Source of the DNA: an uncultured Clostridia bacterium
GTDB taxonomy: Bacteria; Bacillota; Clostridia; TANB77; CAG-508
Length of the DNA stretch: 64,000 bases
NCBI GenBank assembly: GCA_934120395.1
Contig: CAKOTZ010000006.1
Coordinates: 16,914 to 80,913, forward strand
Direction of reading: 5' to 3'
Numbering within the stretch: the first letter of the stretch is position 1; each line of letters opens with the position of its first letter. Shown piece after piece: positions 1 to 10,551 of the stretch. The translations under genes were made by a program, and so were the position numbers. The notes beneath the pieces are model-generated. The model was not told the DNA's origin and did not search any database. It saw only the letters and a program-made list of their open reading frames with translations.

Positions 1-132
1 TTGTAACAGGGTCGATGCCAGTTACAGGAATGCCGTTGCCGTTCTTTAGTTACCGGAGGAACAGCGCTAATTATTTTGCTCTGTGGAGTGGGAATACTAT
101 TAAATATATCTCGTCAAAGTTCGAAAGTATAA
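1..132 (+). pseudogene. FtsW/SpoVE-family lipid II flippase/peptidoglycan polymerase, C-terminal end (partial at window edge). +1 frameshift at nt 54 (extra C before GGA GGA) splits the conserved FFSYGG motif
   Basis: With c54 removed, frame reads ...MPLPFFSYGGTALIILLCGVGILLNISRQSSKV* ending at 132. Lies directly upstream of murG as in the dcw cluster. Confidence 0.6.
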
Positions 133-145
133 AAGGAGGAAAAAA

Positions 146-1258
146 ATGCGTGTTATAATAGCAGCAGCTGGAACAGGTGGACATATAAACCCAGGAATAG
201 CTATTGCAAACAAAATAATGCAAGAGGACAATAATTCAAAAGTCATATTTATAGGGACAACTAGAGGTATTGAAAATGATTTAGTACCTAGAGCGGGTTA
301 TGAACTAAAAACAATAGAAGCCTATGGTTTAAGTAAAAAAATAAATTTAGATAGTATAAGAAAAAATATAAAAACAATACAAGCGATTAAAAGTGCAAAA
401 AAAATAATAGATGATTTTAAACCAGATCTTGTAATAGGAACAGGAGGATATATTTGTGGACCTGTTATAATGGCGGCAAAGAAAAGAAAAATTGCAACAA
501 TGCTACATGAAAGCAATGCGTTTCCAGGTCTTGCAGTAAAAATGTTATCAAAAAAAGTAGATACTGTACTGGTAGGGTTTAAAGAAGCAAAAAATTATTT
601 GCCAAAAGCAAAAAAAGTGGTGGTAACAGGAACACCTACAAAAATTAATAAAAAAAATTTGAGCGTAGAAGAAAAGAAATTACAAAAAGAAAGAATAGGA
701 TTAAAAGCAAATTTGCCTACGGTATTGATTTTTGGAGGCAGTCAAGGAGCAAAAAAAATAAATGATGAGGTATTACCAATCATAGAAAACGAAAAAAATG
801 AGAATTATCAAATATTATGGGCACCAGGACAAAAAAATTATGATGAAGTAAAACAAGAATTAGAAGACAAGGCTAAAAATATACAAAATATAAAAAATGC
901 AAAAGTAGTACCATATATTTATAATATGGAGGAAGCGATGAATGTTGCGGACTTACTTGTATGCAGAAGTGGGGCAATTACAATAACTGAAATTGCAAAG
1001 CTAGGAAAGCCAGCTATATTTATACCATTACCTAATGTGAGTCAAAATCATCAAGAAAAAAATGCAAAAGTATTGCAAAAAGTTGGTGCAGCGTATATAA
1101 TATTGAATTCAGATTTAACAGCAGATAAACTACATGAAACTATAGAAGAAGTTATTACAAAGCCAGACAAACTAAATATGATGGGAGAAAATGCACAAAA
1201 AATAGAAGTTACGCATGTTGAAGATAAAATTTATGAGGAAATAAAAAAATTGTTGTAA
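146..1258 (+). CDS. murG: UDP-N-acetylglucosamine--N-acetylmuramyl-(pentapeptide) pyrophosphoryl-undecaprenol N-acetylglucosamine transferase MurG
   Basis: 370 aa. N-terminal AAGTGGHINPGIAIA and C-terminal G-loop typical of MurG. RBS aaaggagg upstream. Confidence 0.93.
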   Translation: MRVIIAAAGTGGHINPGIAIANKIMQEDNNSKVIFIGTTRGIENDLVPRAGYELKTIEAYGLSKKINLDSIRKNIKTIQAIKSAKKIIDDFKPDLVIGTGGYICGPVIMAAKKRKIATMLHESNAFPGLAVKMLSKKVDTVLVGFKEAKNYLPKAKKVVVTGTPTKINKKNLSVEEKKLQKERIGLKANLPTVLIFGGSQGAKKINDEVLPIIENEKNENYQILWAPGQKNYDEVKQELEDKAKNIQNIKNAKVVPYIYNMEEAMNVADLLVCRSGAITITEIAKLGKPAIFIPLPNVSQNHQEKNAKVLQKVGAAYIILNSDLTADKLHETIEEVITKPDKLNMMGENAQKIEVTHVEDKIYEEIKKLL

Positions 1259-1487
1259 GCTATGTTTCTGTAAGTTTACAAAAAATACAAAATAATGACA
1301 TAGTTATTTCTTGAACTTTAAGTTTTTGTTACGTATACTATGAAATTTGTAAATATGGCAGAAAATAAAGTAAAAAATGGCGAAAGAATAAATAAATTGT
1401 TAAAACGTGCGACCAAAATTACTTGCAACCATGCAAAAATAAGGTATATAGTAAACTTAGTAAAAGCAAACAAAAGGGGGAAGTAAT

Positions 1488-1808
1488 TTGGGAGATACAA
1501 AATTTTTATATGGAGAGGTATTTTTAGAAGCAGAAGACTTAAAAGAAAGGAGTACCAAGAATCCAATAGAATTGATGTATTACAAAACACAACAAAGCAG
1601 AAATAGTTTAAACAATCAACCTTATAAAATATTTGGGATAGAAGTAATAAAAAAAGAACGTATAGGAGAGAAAATTCAAATAGAAAGTAGTAAAATAGAA
1701 TATATAAGCAAAAATGAAAAAACAGTAGATAAACTAATGGAACTTCTGAAAAATAATACAGTAACGCCGATTACATTAGAAGACGTAATAGGAGATATAT
1801 TACATTAA
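1488..1808 (+). CDS. small hypothetical protein (start uncertain; TTG at 1488 or ATG at 1578)
   Basis: ORF with internal RBS gaaaggag before ATG 1578; no recognisable domain. Confidence 0.3.
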   Translation: MGDTKFLYGEVFLEAEDLKERSTKNPIELMYYKTQQSRNSLNNQPYKIFGIEVIKKERIGEKIQIESSKIEYISKNEKTVDKLMELLKNNTVTPITLEDVIGDILH

Positions 1809-1928
1809 CAATAGAAGGGTGAAAAATTTCACTCTTCTATTGTTAACTATTTACAGTTAACAACAATTAGTATATAATTTTTCGTAGACTCTATATAAAG
1901 TGAGTATAATTATTGAAAGGAAGAAAAA

Positions 1929-3974
1929 ATGGTAGATAAATTAATAATAGTGGAATCACCCGCAAAGGCAAATACAATAAAAAAATTTCTCGGTGGAAAA
2001 ACAAAAGTTGTAGCTTCCATGGGACATATTAGAGATTTGCCAAAATCAAAAATGGGAATTGATATGGAAAATAATTTTGAGCCACAATACATTAATATAC
2101 GAGGTAAGGCAAGTTTAATAAAAGAATTAAAAAAAGATGCAAAAAATGCAAAACAAGTCTATCTTGCAACTGACCCCGACCGTGAAGGAGAAGCGATTGC
2201 ATGGCACTTAGCACATATATTAGAAATACCTGAAGATAAAACTTGTAGAGTTACTTTTAATGAAATAACAAAAGAAACTGTACAAAATGCCGTAAAAAAT
2301 CCAAGAAAATTGGATAAAGATTTAGTTAATGCACAGCAAGCTAGAAGAGTTCTAGACCGTATTGTAGGTTATAAAATGAGTCCAGTTTTATGGAAAAAGG
2401 TAAGAAAAGGATTATCAGCAGGAAGAGTACAGTCAGTGGCGGTAAAACTAATTGTTGATAGAGAAGAAGAAATAGAAAAATTTATACCAGAAGAATATTG
2501 GAATATTTATGCAAGACTGTCTAAATTAAATACAAAGAAAAAACAGGAATTTGATGCTCATTTTACAGGAAAAAATGGAAAAAAAATAGAATTAAATTCG
2601 CAAGAACAGGTAGAACAAATTGTAAAGGAAATTGAAAATGCACAATATCAAGTGCAAAAAATAAAAAAGAGTGAGAAAAAAAGAACACCTGCACCGCCTT
2701 TTACAACAAGTACAATGCAACAGGAAGCTTCAAGAAAGCTAGGATTTACGCTTAAGAAAACCATGGCAATAGCCCAAGGATTATATGAAGGTGTTAAGGT
2801 GCCATCAAGAGGCGTAGTAGGACTTATAACCTACATGAGAACTGATTCAACAAGAATATCAGAGGAAGCAAGAAAAGCTGCTAAAATGGAAATTGAGGAA
2901 AGTTATGGTAGCGAATATTATGAGAATAGATATTACAAAACAAAAGCAGATTCACAAGATGCACATGAGGCAATTAGACCAACATATATTGATTTAAAAC
3001 CAGAAAATATTAGAGATTCATTAACAAATGATCAATACAAATTATACAAGTTAGTGTACAATAGATTTTTAGCAAGTCAAATGGCTACTGCAATATTTGA
3101 CACAACGACTATTGATATAAGTGCTAATGAATATAATTTTAGAGCAAATGGACAAACATTAAAGTTTAAGGGCTTTATGGCACTATATGTAGAATCAGAA
3201 GATAATAAAAAAGAAGAAGAGTATTATTCTTTGCCAGAATTAGAAGAAGGAGAAATACTAAAAAAGGAAAACATAGAAAGCAAGCAAAGCTTTACAGAAC
3301 CACCACCACGATATACCGAGGCAAGTCTTGTAAAAGCGTTAGAAGAAAAAGGCATAGGCAGACCAAGTACGTATTCACCAACAATTACAACAATAATAGA
3401 AAGACATTATATTGAAAAAGATAAAAAGCAATTAGCTCCAACAGAGCTAGGAAAAGTGGTAAATAAGTTATTAACAGAAAACTTTAAAGACGTTGTAAAT
3501 GTTGAATTTACTGCTAAAATGGAAAGTCAATTTGATGAAATTGCAGAAGGAAAAGAAGATTGGAAAAAGGTAATTGAAGAATTTTATGGACCATTTGAAC
3601 TTGTTGTAGAAAAGGTTGATAAAGAATTAGAACATGTAAAACTAGAAGAAGAAGTAAGCGACATACCATGTGAAAAATGTGGAAGAATGATGGTAATTAA
3701 GTATGGTAGATATGGAAAATTTTTAGCATGTCCAGGATATCCAGAATGTAAAAATGCAAAACCATTAGTTGAAATAATTGATGTACCATGTCCGAAATGT
3801 GGAGCAAAAGTGCAAATAAGGAAAACTAGAAAAAAAAGAAATTATTACATATGTGAAAATAATCCAAAAAGTTGTGATTACATTTCTTGGAATAAGCCGA
3901 AGCCAGGGGAAAAATACGAAGAGGATAGCGAAAAGCCAAAATTAGAACAAAAAAACAAGAAAACAAAAAAATAA
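1929..3974 (+). CDS. topA: DNA topoisomerase I
   Basis: 681 aa. Toprim N-terminus IVESPAKANTIKKFLG, catalytic-Tyr region, C-terminal Cys4 zinc ribbons (CEKCG...CPGYPECK; CPKCG). Confidence 0.96.
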   Translation: MVDKLIIVESPAKANTIKKFLGGKTKVVASMGHIRDLPKSKMGIDMENNFEPQYINIRGKASLIKELKKDAKNAKQVYLATDPDREGEAIAWHLAHILEIPEDKTCRVTFNEITKETVQNAVKNPRKLDKDLVNAQQARRVLDRIVGYKMSPVLWKKVRKGLSAGRVQSVAVKLIVDREEEIEKFIPEEYWNIYARLSKLNTKKKQEFDAHFTGKNGKKIELNSQEQVEQIVKEIENAQYQVQKIKKSEKKRTPAPPFTTSTMQQEASRKLGFTLKKTMAIAQGLYEGVKVPSRGVVGLITYMRTDSTRISEEARKAAKMEIEESYGSEYYENRYYKTKADSQDAHEAIRPTYIDLKPENIRDSLTNDQYKLYKLVYNRFLASQMATAIFDTTTIDISANEYNFRANGQTLKFKGFMALYVESEDNKKEEEYYSLPELEEGEILKKENIESKQSFTEPPPRYTEASLVKALEEKGIGRPSTYSPTITTIIERHYIEKDKKQLAPTELGKVVNKLLTENFKDVVNVEFTAKMESQFDEIAEGKEDWKKVIEEFYGPFELVVEKVDKELEHVKLEEEVSDIPCEKCGRMMVIKYGRYGKFLACPGYPECKNAKPLVEIIDVPCPKCGAKVQIRKTRKKRNYYICENNPKSCDYISWNKPKPGEKYEEDSEKPKLEQKNKKTKK

Positions 3975-4083
3975 TCAAAAATATAATAAAAATGTGAATA
4001 TAGACTTTTCTTACTGAAATGGTAGAATGAAGACACTATAATAGTTATTCTATACTATGTAGTTACATGATATTATATTTTCC

Positions 4084-4113
4084 AAAAAACCACGTGTAAA
4101 CGTGGTTTTTTTG
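4084..4113 (+). terminator. rho-independent terminator after topA
   Basis: ccacg-tgtaaa-cgtgg hairpin followed by T7 run. Confidence 0.7.
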
Positions 4114-4171
4114 GAAAATATAATGCTACTGCATAAAAAATATGTTATACTAAAACAAAAAAGGAGGACTT

Positions 4172-5506
4172 ATGGAACAAGAAGTAACAATTATAGGCGG
4201 TGGTTTAGCTGGATGTGAAGCAGCATATCAAATTGCCAAAAGAGGAATAAAGGTAAAATTGTATGAAAGAAAACCAAAAAGTTTTTCACCAGCACATAGT
4301 AATCCAAATTTAGCAGAAATTGTATGTAGTAACTCTTTTAAATCCAATTTAATAACAAATGCATGTGGTTTATTAAAAGAGGAATTACGAAACTTGGATT
4401 CACTATTAATAAAAATAGCAGACAAAACAGCTGTACCAGCAGGGCAAGCGCTGGCTGTAGATAGGGAACAGTTTTCAAAAGAAGTAACAGATTATATAAA
4501 ACAACATTCAAATATAGAAGTAATTGAAAATGAAGTAGCAGATATTCCAGATAAAGGAATAGTAATAATTGCAACAGGTCCTTTAACATCGAATCATTTA
4601 GCAGAAGGAATATCAAAATTAACAGGAGAAGATAAATTATATTTTTATGATGCTGCAGCACCTATAGTACAAAAAGAGAGCTTAGATATGAATATAGCAT
4701 TTTGGGGAGATAGATATGGAAAAGGAGATAGTAGCTATATTAATTTGCCAATGAATAAAGAAGAATATGAAAAATTTTATGAAGAATTAGTTAATGCAGA
4801 AGTAGTAAATTTACATGAATTTGAAAAAAAAGAGATATTTGAAGGTTGTATGCCAATAGAAATAATGGCAAAAAGAGGAGTTGATACGTTGCGTTTTGGT
4901 CCATTAAAACCAGTTGGATTTACGGATCCAAGAACAGGGGAAAGACCATATGCAATAGTACAATTAAGACAAGATAATCAAGCAGGAAGTCTATTTAATA
5001 TGGTTGGATTTCAGACAAATTTAAAATATGGAGAACAAAAACGAGTGTTTTCACTTATACCGGGATTAGCAAATGCTGAATTTATAAAATATGGTGTAAT
5101 GCACCGTAATACATACATAAATTCAGGTAATTTATTAGATAGTAGTTATTGTTTAAAAAATGATAGACGAATATACTTTGCTGGTCAAATAAGTGGAGTA
5201 GAAGGTTACGTAGAATCAATATCATCTGGTTTAGTTGCAGGAATAAATATTGCAAGAAATATAGAAGGAAAAGAAACAATATATTTTCCAAAAAATACGA
5301 TGATAGGAAGTTTAGCAAACTACATTTCAACACCAAAAAACAATTTTCAACCAATGAATGCCAATTTTGGAATATTACCACAATTAAATGAAAAAATAAG
5401 GGATAAAAAAATAAAATACGAAAAATTAGCTCGGACGAGCCCTAGAAGAATTAAGAAGTATAAAAGAAATTTAATTGACAAGATGACTATAAGTGTTGTA
5501 CAATAG
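4172..5506 (+). CDS. trmFO: methylenetetrahydrofolate--tRNA-(uracil54-C5)-methyltransferase TrmFO (Gid)
   Basis: 444 aa. FAD-binding [11 protein letters not shown]-terminus; conserved topA-trmFO synteny of Firmicutes. Confidence 0.93.
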   Translation: MEQEVTIIGGGLAGCEAAYQIAKRGIKVKLYERKPKSFSPAHSNPNLAEIVCSNSFKSNLITNACGLLKEELRNLDSLLIKIADKTAVPAGQALAVDREQFSKEVTDYIKQHSNIEVIENEVADIPDKGIVIIATGPLTSNHLAEGISKLTGEDKLYFYDAAAPIVQKESLDMNIAFWGDRYGKGDSSYINLPMNKEEYEKFYEELVNAEVVNLHEFEKKEIFEGCMPIEIMAKRGVDTLRFGPLKPVGFTDPRTGERPYAIVQLRQDNQAGSLFNMVGFQTNLKYGEQKRVFSLIPGLANAEFIKYGVMHRNTYINSGNLLDSSYCLKNDRRIYFAGQISGVEGYVESISSGLVAGINIARNIEGKETIYFPKNTMIGSLANYISTPKNNFQPMNANFGILPQLNEKIRDKKIKYEKLARTSPRRIKKYKRNLIDKMTISVVQ

Positions 5507-5566
5507 AAACAGAAAAATGTAGCATTGAAAGACTTCAAGAAAAAGGACAGCAAAGGAGTGAGAAAA

Positions 5567-5893
5567 ATGAAAAAGCGGATTATTGCATTAATGGTAATAT
5601 CGCTAACGTTAGTAGTATTGCCAAGCACAAGAACATTTGCAAAATCGGACAATTTGTATCTACCACAAAATAGTATACAAATAGTAGAACTTTCAAGGCA
5701 TGGGCGAGACCATGGAGACAGATGGAGAAATCCACCGCCTCCAAGACACAGAGGACCAGACAGGCATATTCGGTCGGGGCATAGACCACCACCGCCACCA
5801 CCTCCACCTCCAAGATATAGACATAGAGATAGAGATAACAGTGCAATTTGGTGGTGGATAATAAATTCGATTATAATTGCAAATACAAGATGA
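5567..5893 (+). CDS. small secreted proline/arginine/histidine-rich protein (hypothetical)
   Basis: RBS aaaggag + ATG 5567. Signal peptide MKKRIIALMVISLTLVVLPSTRTFA, then PPPP RHRGPDRH ... PPPPPPPPP RYRHRDRD; locally GC-rich codons. Confidence 0.45.
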   Translation: MKKRIIALMVISLTLVVLPSTRTFAKSDNLYLPQNSIQIVELSRHGRDHGDRWRNPPPPRHRGPDRHIRSGHRPPPPPPPPPRYRHRDRDNSAIWWWIINSIIIANTR

Positions 5894-5911
5894 AACAATT
5901 AATCTGCTTTT

Positions 5912-5936
5912 GGGCACCAATTGGTGCCCTTTTTCC
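5912..5936 (+). terminator. rho-independent terminator
   Basis: gggcacc-aatt-ggtgccc hairpin + T run. Confidence 0.75.
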
Positions 5937-5957
5937 TTAAATAAGTAAAAACAGGTA

Positions 5958-5988
5958 TTGACAAAACAAATAACAATGCGATATAATA
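5958..5988 (+). promoter_or_regulatory. sigma-A type promoter of rpsU operon
   Basis: TTGACA (5958-5963), 18-bp spacer, TATAAT (5982-5987). Confidence 0.6.
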
Positions 5989-6085
5989 AGGCATATTCAC
6001 GGGATAGATAAATACATAAAAAGTAATTCCCTAGAAAAATTTAGTCCCACAGTATGAGTTCAAACTTCGGAAGGAGGGAAAATAA

Positions 6086-6256
6086 TTGTCAGAGGTTAAA
6101 GTTAATAATGGAAATATAGAAGATGCTCTTAAGAGATTTAAAAGACAATGCGCAAGAAATGGAGTTCTACAAGAAGTAAGAAAAAGAGAGCATTATGAAA
6201 AACCAAGTGTAAAAAGAAAGAAAAAATCAGAGGCTGCAAGAAAAAGAAAATTCTAA
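6086..6256 (+). CDS. rpsU: 30S ribosomal protein S21
   Basis: 56 aa. [47 protein letters not shown]..., TTG start, RBS ggaaggaggg. Confidence 0.9.
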   Translation: MSEVKVNNGNIEDALKRFKRQCARNGVLQEVRKREHYEKPSVKRKKKSEAARKRKF

Positions 6257-6313
6257 AAAAGAAGGAGGGGGTGTATATTTATACACCTCTATTTTTATAA
6301 TAAAAGAAAGGAA

Positions 6314-6763
6314 ATGATTAATATGTTAAAGGAAAAATTATTAGAAGATTTAAAAAATTCTATGAAGAATAAAAATATTATTAGAAAAAATGTAGTACAA
6401 ATGATTAGAGCAGCTATATTGCAGGTAGAAAAAGACAAGGGAATAGAAGTAACTGATGAACAAATAATAGAAATTATGGCAAAAGAAGCTAAAAAAAGAA
6501 AAGATTCAATAGAGGATTATAAAAAAGGTGGAAGAGAAGATTTAGTAAAACAAATAGAAGAGGAAATTGCAATAATAAGCGAATATTTACCAAAACAATT
6601 AAGTAAAGAAGAAGTAGCAGAAATTGTAAAGCAAGTTATAGCAGAGGTTGGAGCAACTAGCATAAAAGATATGGGAAAAGTAATGAAATCAGCAAAAGAA
6701 AAAATAGGAGCAGCATCAGATGGAAAAACAATTAATGAAGTGGTAAAAGAACAATTAAACTAG
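6314..6763 (+). CDS. yqeY: GatB/YqeY domain protein
   Basis: 149 aa. Typical rpsU-yqeY arrangement; YqeY-like sequence. Confidence 0.8.
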   Translation: MINMLKEKLLEDLKNSMKNKNIIRKNVVQMIRAAILQVEKDKGIEVTDEQIIEIMAKEAKKRKDSIEDYKKGGREDLVKQIEEEIAIISEYLPKQLSKEEVAEIVKQVIAEVGATSIKDMGKVMKSAKEKIGAASDGKTINEVVKEQLN

Positions 6764-6828
6764 GAAGTTTTAATTTGAATAAAAAAGTAAGCATAAGGAT
6801 ATAATAGAAAAAAACGTAGGAGGAAAAC

Positions 6829-8103
6829 ATGAAAGAACAAGTAAGCCAAGTAAAAGAAGGCATAAAATTGCATGTAATACCAACTGATAAATTCAAAACG
6901 AATTTATTAGCGGTGTTTATAACTCTTCCATTAAATAGAGAAAAAGTAACAAAGGATGCTTTAATACCAGCAGTTTTAAGGAGGGGGAGCAAAAAGCTCA
7001 CAACTCAAGAAGAAATAAGTAAGTGCTTAGAAAATATGTATGGAGCAAGTTTTGATTGTGGAGTAGAAAAAATAGGGGATAACCATGTATTAAAATTTTA
7101 TTTAGAAGCATTAAACGATACTTATATTCCTAAATGCGAAAATTTAATAAAAACAAGTATAGATACTATGCTTGAAATTATATTTAACCCATATCAAGAA
7201 AATGGGAAATTTAAGGAAGAATACGTAAAAAGTGAAAAGACAAATTTAAAGCAAATTATAGAAGCTAAAATTGATAATAAAGATTTTTATGCAAGTGTGC
7301 GTTGCACAGAAGAAATGTATAAAGGAAAGCCATATAGTTTATACAAATATGGATATGTAGAAGATTTAGAGAAAATTACTGCAGATAATTTATATAAGTA
7401 TTATCAAGAGCTAATAGAAACATCTAAAATTGATATATTTGTATCTGGAAATTTTGAAGTAGAAAATATAAAAAGAATTGTAAAAGAAAATGAAAATATA
7501 ATGAATATAGGTGCTAGGAAGGAAGAATATTGCATAAATAATGAAAAAGTAGAAGATTTAAAAGAAATCACAACACAAGTAGTAGAAGAAAAAATGGATA
7601 TAGCACAAGGAAAAATAGTAATGGGTATAGATGTATTAGCAACGGATTTAGAAAGTAGATTTACAGCAGTACTTTACAATACCATATTGGGTGATAGTGC
7701 AAATTCGAAGTTGTTTCAAAATGTTAGAGAAAAAGCACACTTAGCTTATAGTGCAAGGTCAAGCTATATAAAAAACAAAAATGCAATATTTATACGAGCT
7801 GGCATAGAAATAGAAAATTATGAAAAAGCAATAAGCATAATAAAAGAACAATTAGAAGATATGAAAAAAGGAAATTTTAGTCAAGAAGATATAGATAATG
7901 CAAAAAAATATATAATTTCAGCAGTTGATTCAATTCCTGAAGAACAAGACACTGAAATAACATATTATCTTGGACAGGAATTATCGGCATCTTCCTATAC
8001 ACCAGAAGAATATAAGCAAAAAATAGAAGCTGTAGATAAAGAAAAAATTGTGAAATTTGCACAAAAAATTTCTATTAATACTATATTTTTCTTAAGAAAT
8101 TAG
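6829..8103 (+). CDS. M16-family (pitrilysin-like) peptidase, non-catalytic subunit type (YmfF-like)
   Basis: 424 aa. M16 architecture but no HxxEH motif. Confidence 0.7.
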   Translation: MKEQVSQVKEGIKLHVIPTDKFKTNLLAVFITLPLNREKVTKDALIPAVLRRGSKKLTTQEEISKCLENMYGASFDCGVEKIGDNHVLKFYLEALNDTYIPKCENLIKTSIDTMLEIIFNPYQENGKFKEEYVKSEKTNLKQIIEAKIDNKDFYASVRCTEEMYKGKPYSLYKYGYVEDLEKITADNLYKYYQELIETSKIDIFVSGNFEVENIKRIVKENENIMNIGARKEEYCINNEKVEDLKEITTQVVEEKMDIAQGKIVMGIDVLATDLESRFTAVLYNTILGDSANSKLFQNVREKAHLAYSARSSYIKNKNAIFIRAGIEIENYEKAISIIKEQLEDMKKGNFSQEDIDNAKKYIISAVDSIPEEQDTEITYYLGQELSASSYTPEEYKQKIEAVDKEKIVKFAQKISINTIFFLRN

Positions 8104-8113
8104 GGAGGGAAAA

Positions 8114-9388
8114 ATGCAAATTATTGAAAATACTAAGGTAAAAGAAAAATTATATATTGAAAAGCTAGAAAATGGTTTAACGGTAATGATAATACCCAAA
8201 AAAGGGGTGCGAAAAAAATATGCAATTTGGGGAACCTATTATGGTTCAATTAATAACCGTTTTGTAATACCAGGAGAAACAGAAATTACAGAGGTACCAG
8301 ATGGAGTAGCTCATTTTTTAGAGCATAAAATGTTTGAACAAGAAAATGGAAAAAATAGTTTAGATGTTTTATCTGCATTAGGGGTGAGTGCAAATGCATA
8401 TACTACAAATGATCATACAGCATATTTATTTGAATGCACAGATAATTTCACTCCAGCATTTGAAGAATTAGCAAATTATATACAACATCCATACTTTACA
8501 GATGAGAATGTAGAAAAAGAAAAGGGAATTATAGGACAAGAAATTAGTATGTACGACGATTCTCCATATTGGAGTATGTATATAAATGCCTTAAAAGCAA
8601 TGTATAGCAACAATCCTGTGAAGATAGATATAGCAGGAACGCAAGAAACAATTAGCAAAATTGATAAAGATATTTTATACAAATGTTATAACACATTTTA
8701 TCATCCGAGCAATATGGCATTAGTTTTATGTGGTGATTTTGAACCAGAAAAGTGCATAAAGGAGATTGAAAAAAAACAAGTAGCAAAAAAATCACAGGGG
8801 AAAATAAAGAGAGTTTTTGATGAAGAACCAGCAGAAATTGTAAAAAAACAAGTACGAACACAGATGGAAGTAAGCTTGCCAATGTTTGTTATAGGATATA
8901 AAGATACTCCAAAATCTGATGGAATAGTAAAAAAACATATAGCAATAGAAATTTTATTTAATTTAATATTTGGAAAAAGTTCGAGATTATACAAAGAGCT
9001 ATATGAAAAAGGTTTATTAATGCAAGAAATGGATATGAGTTATGAATATTCAAAAAATTATGCATATATCTTAATAGATGGTCAGTCACAAGAACCAGAA
9101 AAGGTCCAAGAAAAGTTAAACAAGGAAATAGAAAAAATAAAACAAGAAGGTATAAATCAGGAAGATTTTGAAAGAATTAAAAGAATGATTTATGGAGAAT
9201 ATATTCAAGAATATAATGAAGTAGGAAGCATTGCAAGGATGTTTTTAGCAGATTACTTTAAGGGAATAAATAGTTTTGATTATTTAGAAGAAATTGAGCA
9301 AATAACAAGGGAATATGCTGAGCAAATACTAAAAGACGTATTTGTGGAAAGTAAGCAAGTAATTTCTATTGTAGAACCAAAGGGGTAA
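8114..9388 (+). CDS. M16-family zinc peptidase, catalytic type (YmfH-like)
   Basis: 424 aa. Inverted zinc motif HFLEH near N-terminus. Confidence 0.8.
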   Translation: MQIIENTKVKEKLYIEKLENGLTVMIIPKKGVRKKYAIWGTYYGSINNRFVIPGETEITEVPDGVAHFLEHKMFEQENGKNSLDVLSALGVSANAYTTNDHTAYLFECTDNFTPAFEELANYIQHPYFTDENVEKEKGIIGQEISMYDDSPYWSMYINALKAMYSNNPVKIDIAGTQETISKIDKDILYKCYNTFYHPSNMALVLCGDFEPEKCIKEIEKKQVAKKSQGKIKRVFDEEPAEIVKKQVRTQMEVSLPMFVIGYKDTPKSDGIVKKHIAIEILFNLIFGKSSRLYKELYEKGLLMQEMDMSYEYSKNYAYILIDGQSQEPEKVQEKLNKEIEKIKQEGINQEDFERIKRMIYGEYIQEYNEVGSIARMFLADYFKGINSFDYLEEIEQITREYAEQILKDVFVESKQVISIVEPKG

Positions 9389-9390
9389 AA

Positions 9391-10193
9391 ATGATAACAT
9401 TTCCTAGCTTAAACATAGAATTAAATATAAATTCTGTAGCCTTCACGATAGGAAATATCGAAGTATACTGGTATGCAATTATTATTGTAACAGCAATAGT
9501 AATTGCTATGCGGAATAATGAAAATAAATGATAATATATTTGGAATTAGATTTTGTACAATGATAGACTTAGCAATTTATCTAATTCCAATTTCATTTAT
9601 AGGAGCAAGAATTTATTATATATTATTTAACTTTAAAGCATTTGCAATGGATCCAATGCAAATATTTAATCTGAGAAATCGGAGGATTAGCAATATATGG
9701 TGCGATTATAGCTGGAACAATAACCTGTATAGTTTTTTGTAAAAAAAGAAAAATAAAAACATTAGATTTATTAGATTATTTGGCACCAAGTTTAGCTATA
9801 GGACAATCTATAGGAAGATGGGGTAATTTTATAAACCAAGAAGCATATGGAGCAGAAACAAGCAATTTCATGCGAATGGGGCTAATAGAAAACGGAAACT
9901 ATATTGAAGTACATCCGACATTTTTTTATGAATCAATGGCAACCTTAATAATATTTATATTTTTATTTGTGTTATCTAAAAAGAGAAAGTATGGTGGCGA
10001 GGTAACATATATGTATTTTATATTATATTCTTTGTCAAGATTTTTTATAGAAGGGATAAGAATCGACAGTTTAATGTTTTACCAATTTAGAATATCACAA
10101 TTAATTTCGATAGTGTTATTTATAATATTTACTAGTATTTTGCTATACAGTGAAAAGAAAAGTCAAAAAAGAGAAAATAATGTCGAAAAATAG
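9391..10193 (+). pseudogene. lgt: prolipoprotein diacylglyceryl transferase Lgt, interrupted by two +1 frameshifts (extra C at 9511 and at 9680, each before GGA)
   Basis: Three consecutive frames carry Lgt segments: MITFPSLNIELNINSVAFTIGNIEVYWYAIIIVTAIVIAM | GIMKINDNIFGIRFCTMIDLAIYLIPISFIGARIYYILF...MQIFNLRN | GGLAIYGAIIAG...LAPSLAIGQSIGRWGNFINQEAYG. Removing the two Cs restores one ORF. Confidence 0.75.
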
Positions 10194-10226
10194 CGAGCGA
10201 AAGATACAGGAAAAGTTGTATTTTTG

Positions 10227-10255
10227 TTGAAATCAATGTAAAAATATGGTATCAT
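10227..10255 (+). promoter_or_regulatory. sigma-A type promoter (extended -10) of Spo0E-like gene
   Basis: TTGAAA, 17-bp spacer, TGgTATCAT. Confidence 0.5.
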
Positions 10256-10287
10256 AGAAACATGAAAATAACTTTTAGAATAGGAGT

Positions 10288-10479
10288 GTGGTATATATGA
10301 TAAATGATAAAATTTGTGCATTAAGAGAAAAATTAAATAAGAGCATAATAGATGGAGAAGATTATGAAATTATATACAAAATAAGCACTGAATTGGATGA
10401 CCTAATCGCAAGTTATTATAGGCAAGAAAAGGATGAAAAAGACATGAATCAAAACCAAAGCAAGGTAATAATATATTAA
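10288..10479 (+). CDS. Spo0E-family sporulation regulatory protein (aspartyl-phosphate phosphatase-like)
   Basis: 63 aa. Motif STELDDLIASYY matches the Spo0E SQELDxLI signature. Confidence 0.6.
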   Translation: MVYMINDKICALREKLNKSIIDGEDYEIIYKISTELDDLIASYYRQEKDEKDMNQNQSKVIIY

Positions 10480-10494
10480 TTCCATTAAATTAAG

Positions 10495-10528
10495 GAAAAA
10501 AGCAACCCTATTTAGAGTTGCTTTTCTT
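10495..10528. terminator. bidirectional rho-independent terminator
   Basis: aaaaaagcaaccc-tatttaga-gttgcttttctt. Confidence 0.75.
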
Positions 10529-10551
10529 AAGGAGAATAGAGTTCTGATAAA

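Noticed and set aside
5347-5920. Minus-strand ORFs with poly-Gly/poly-Trp runs
   Set aside because: Antisense of the poly-proline coding stretch (CCN -> NGG); no RBS
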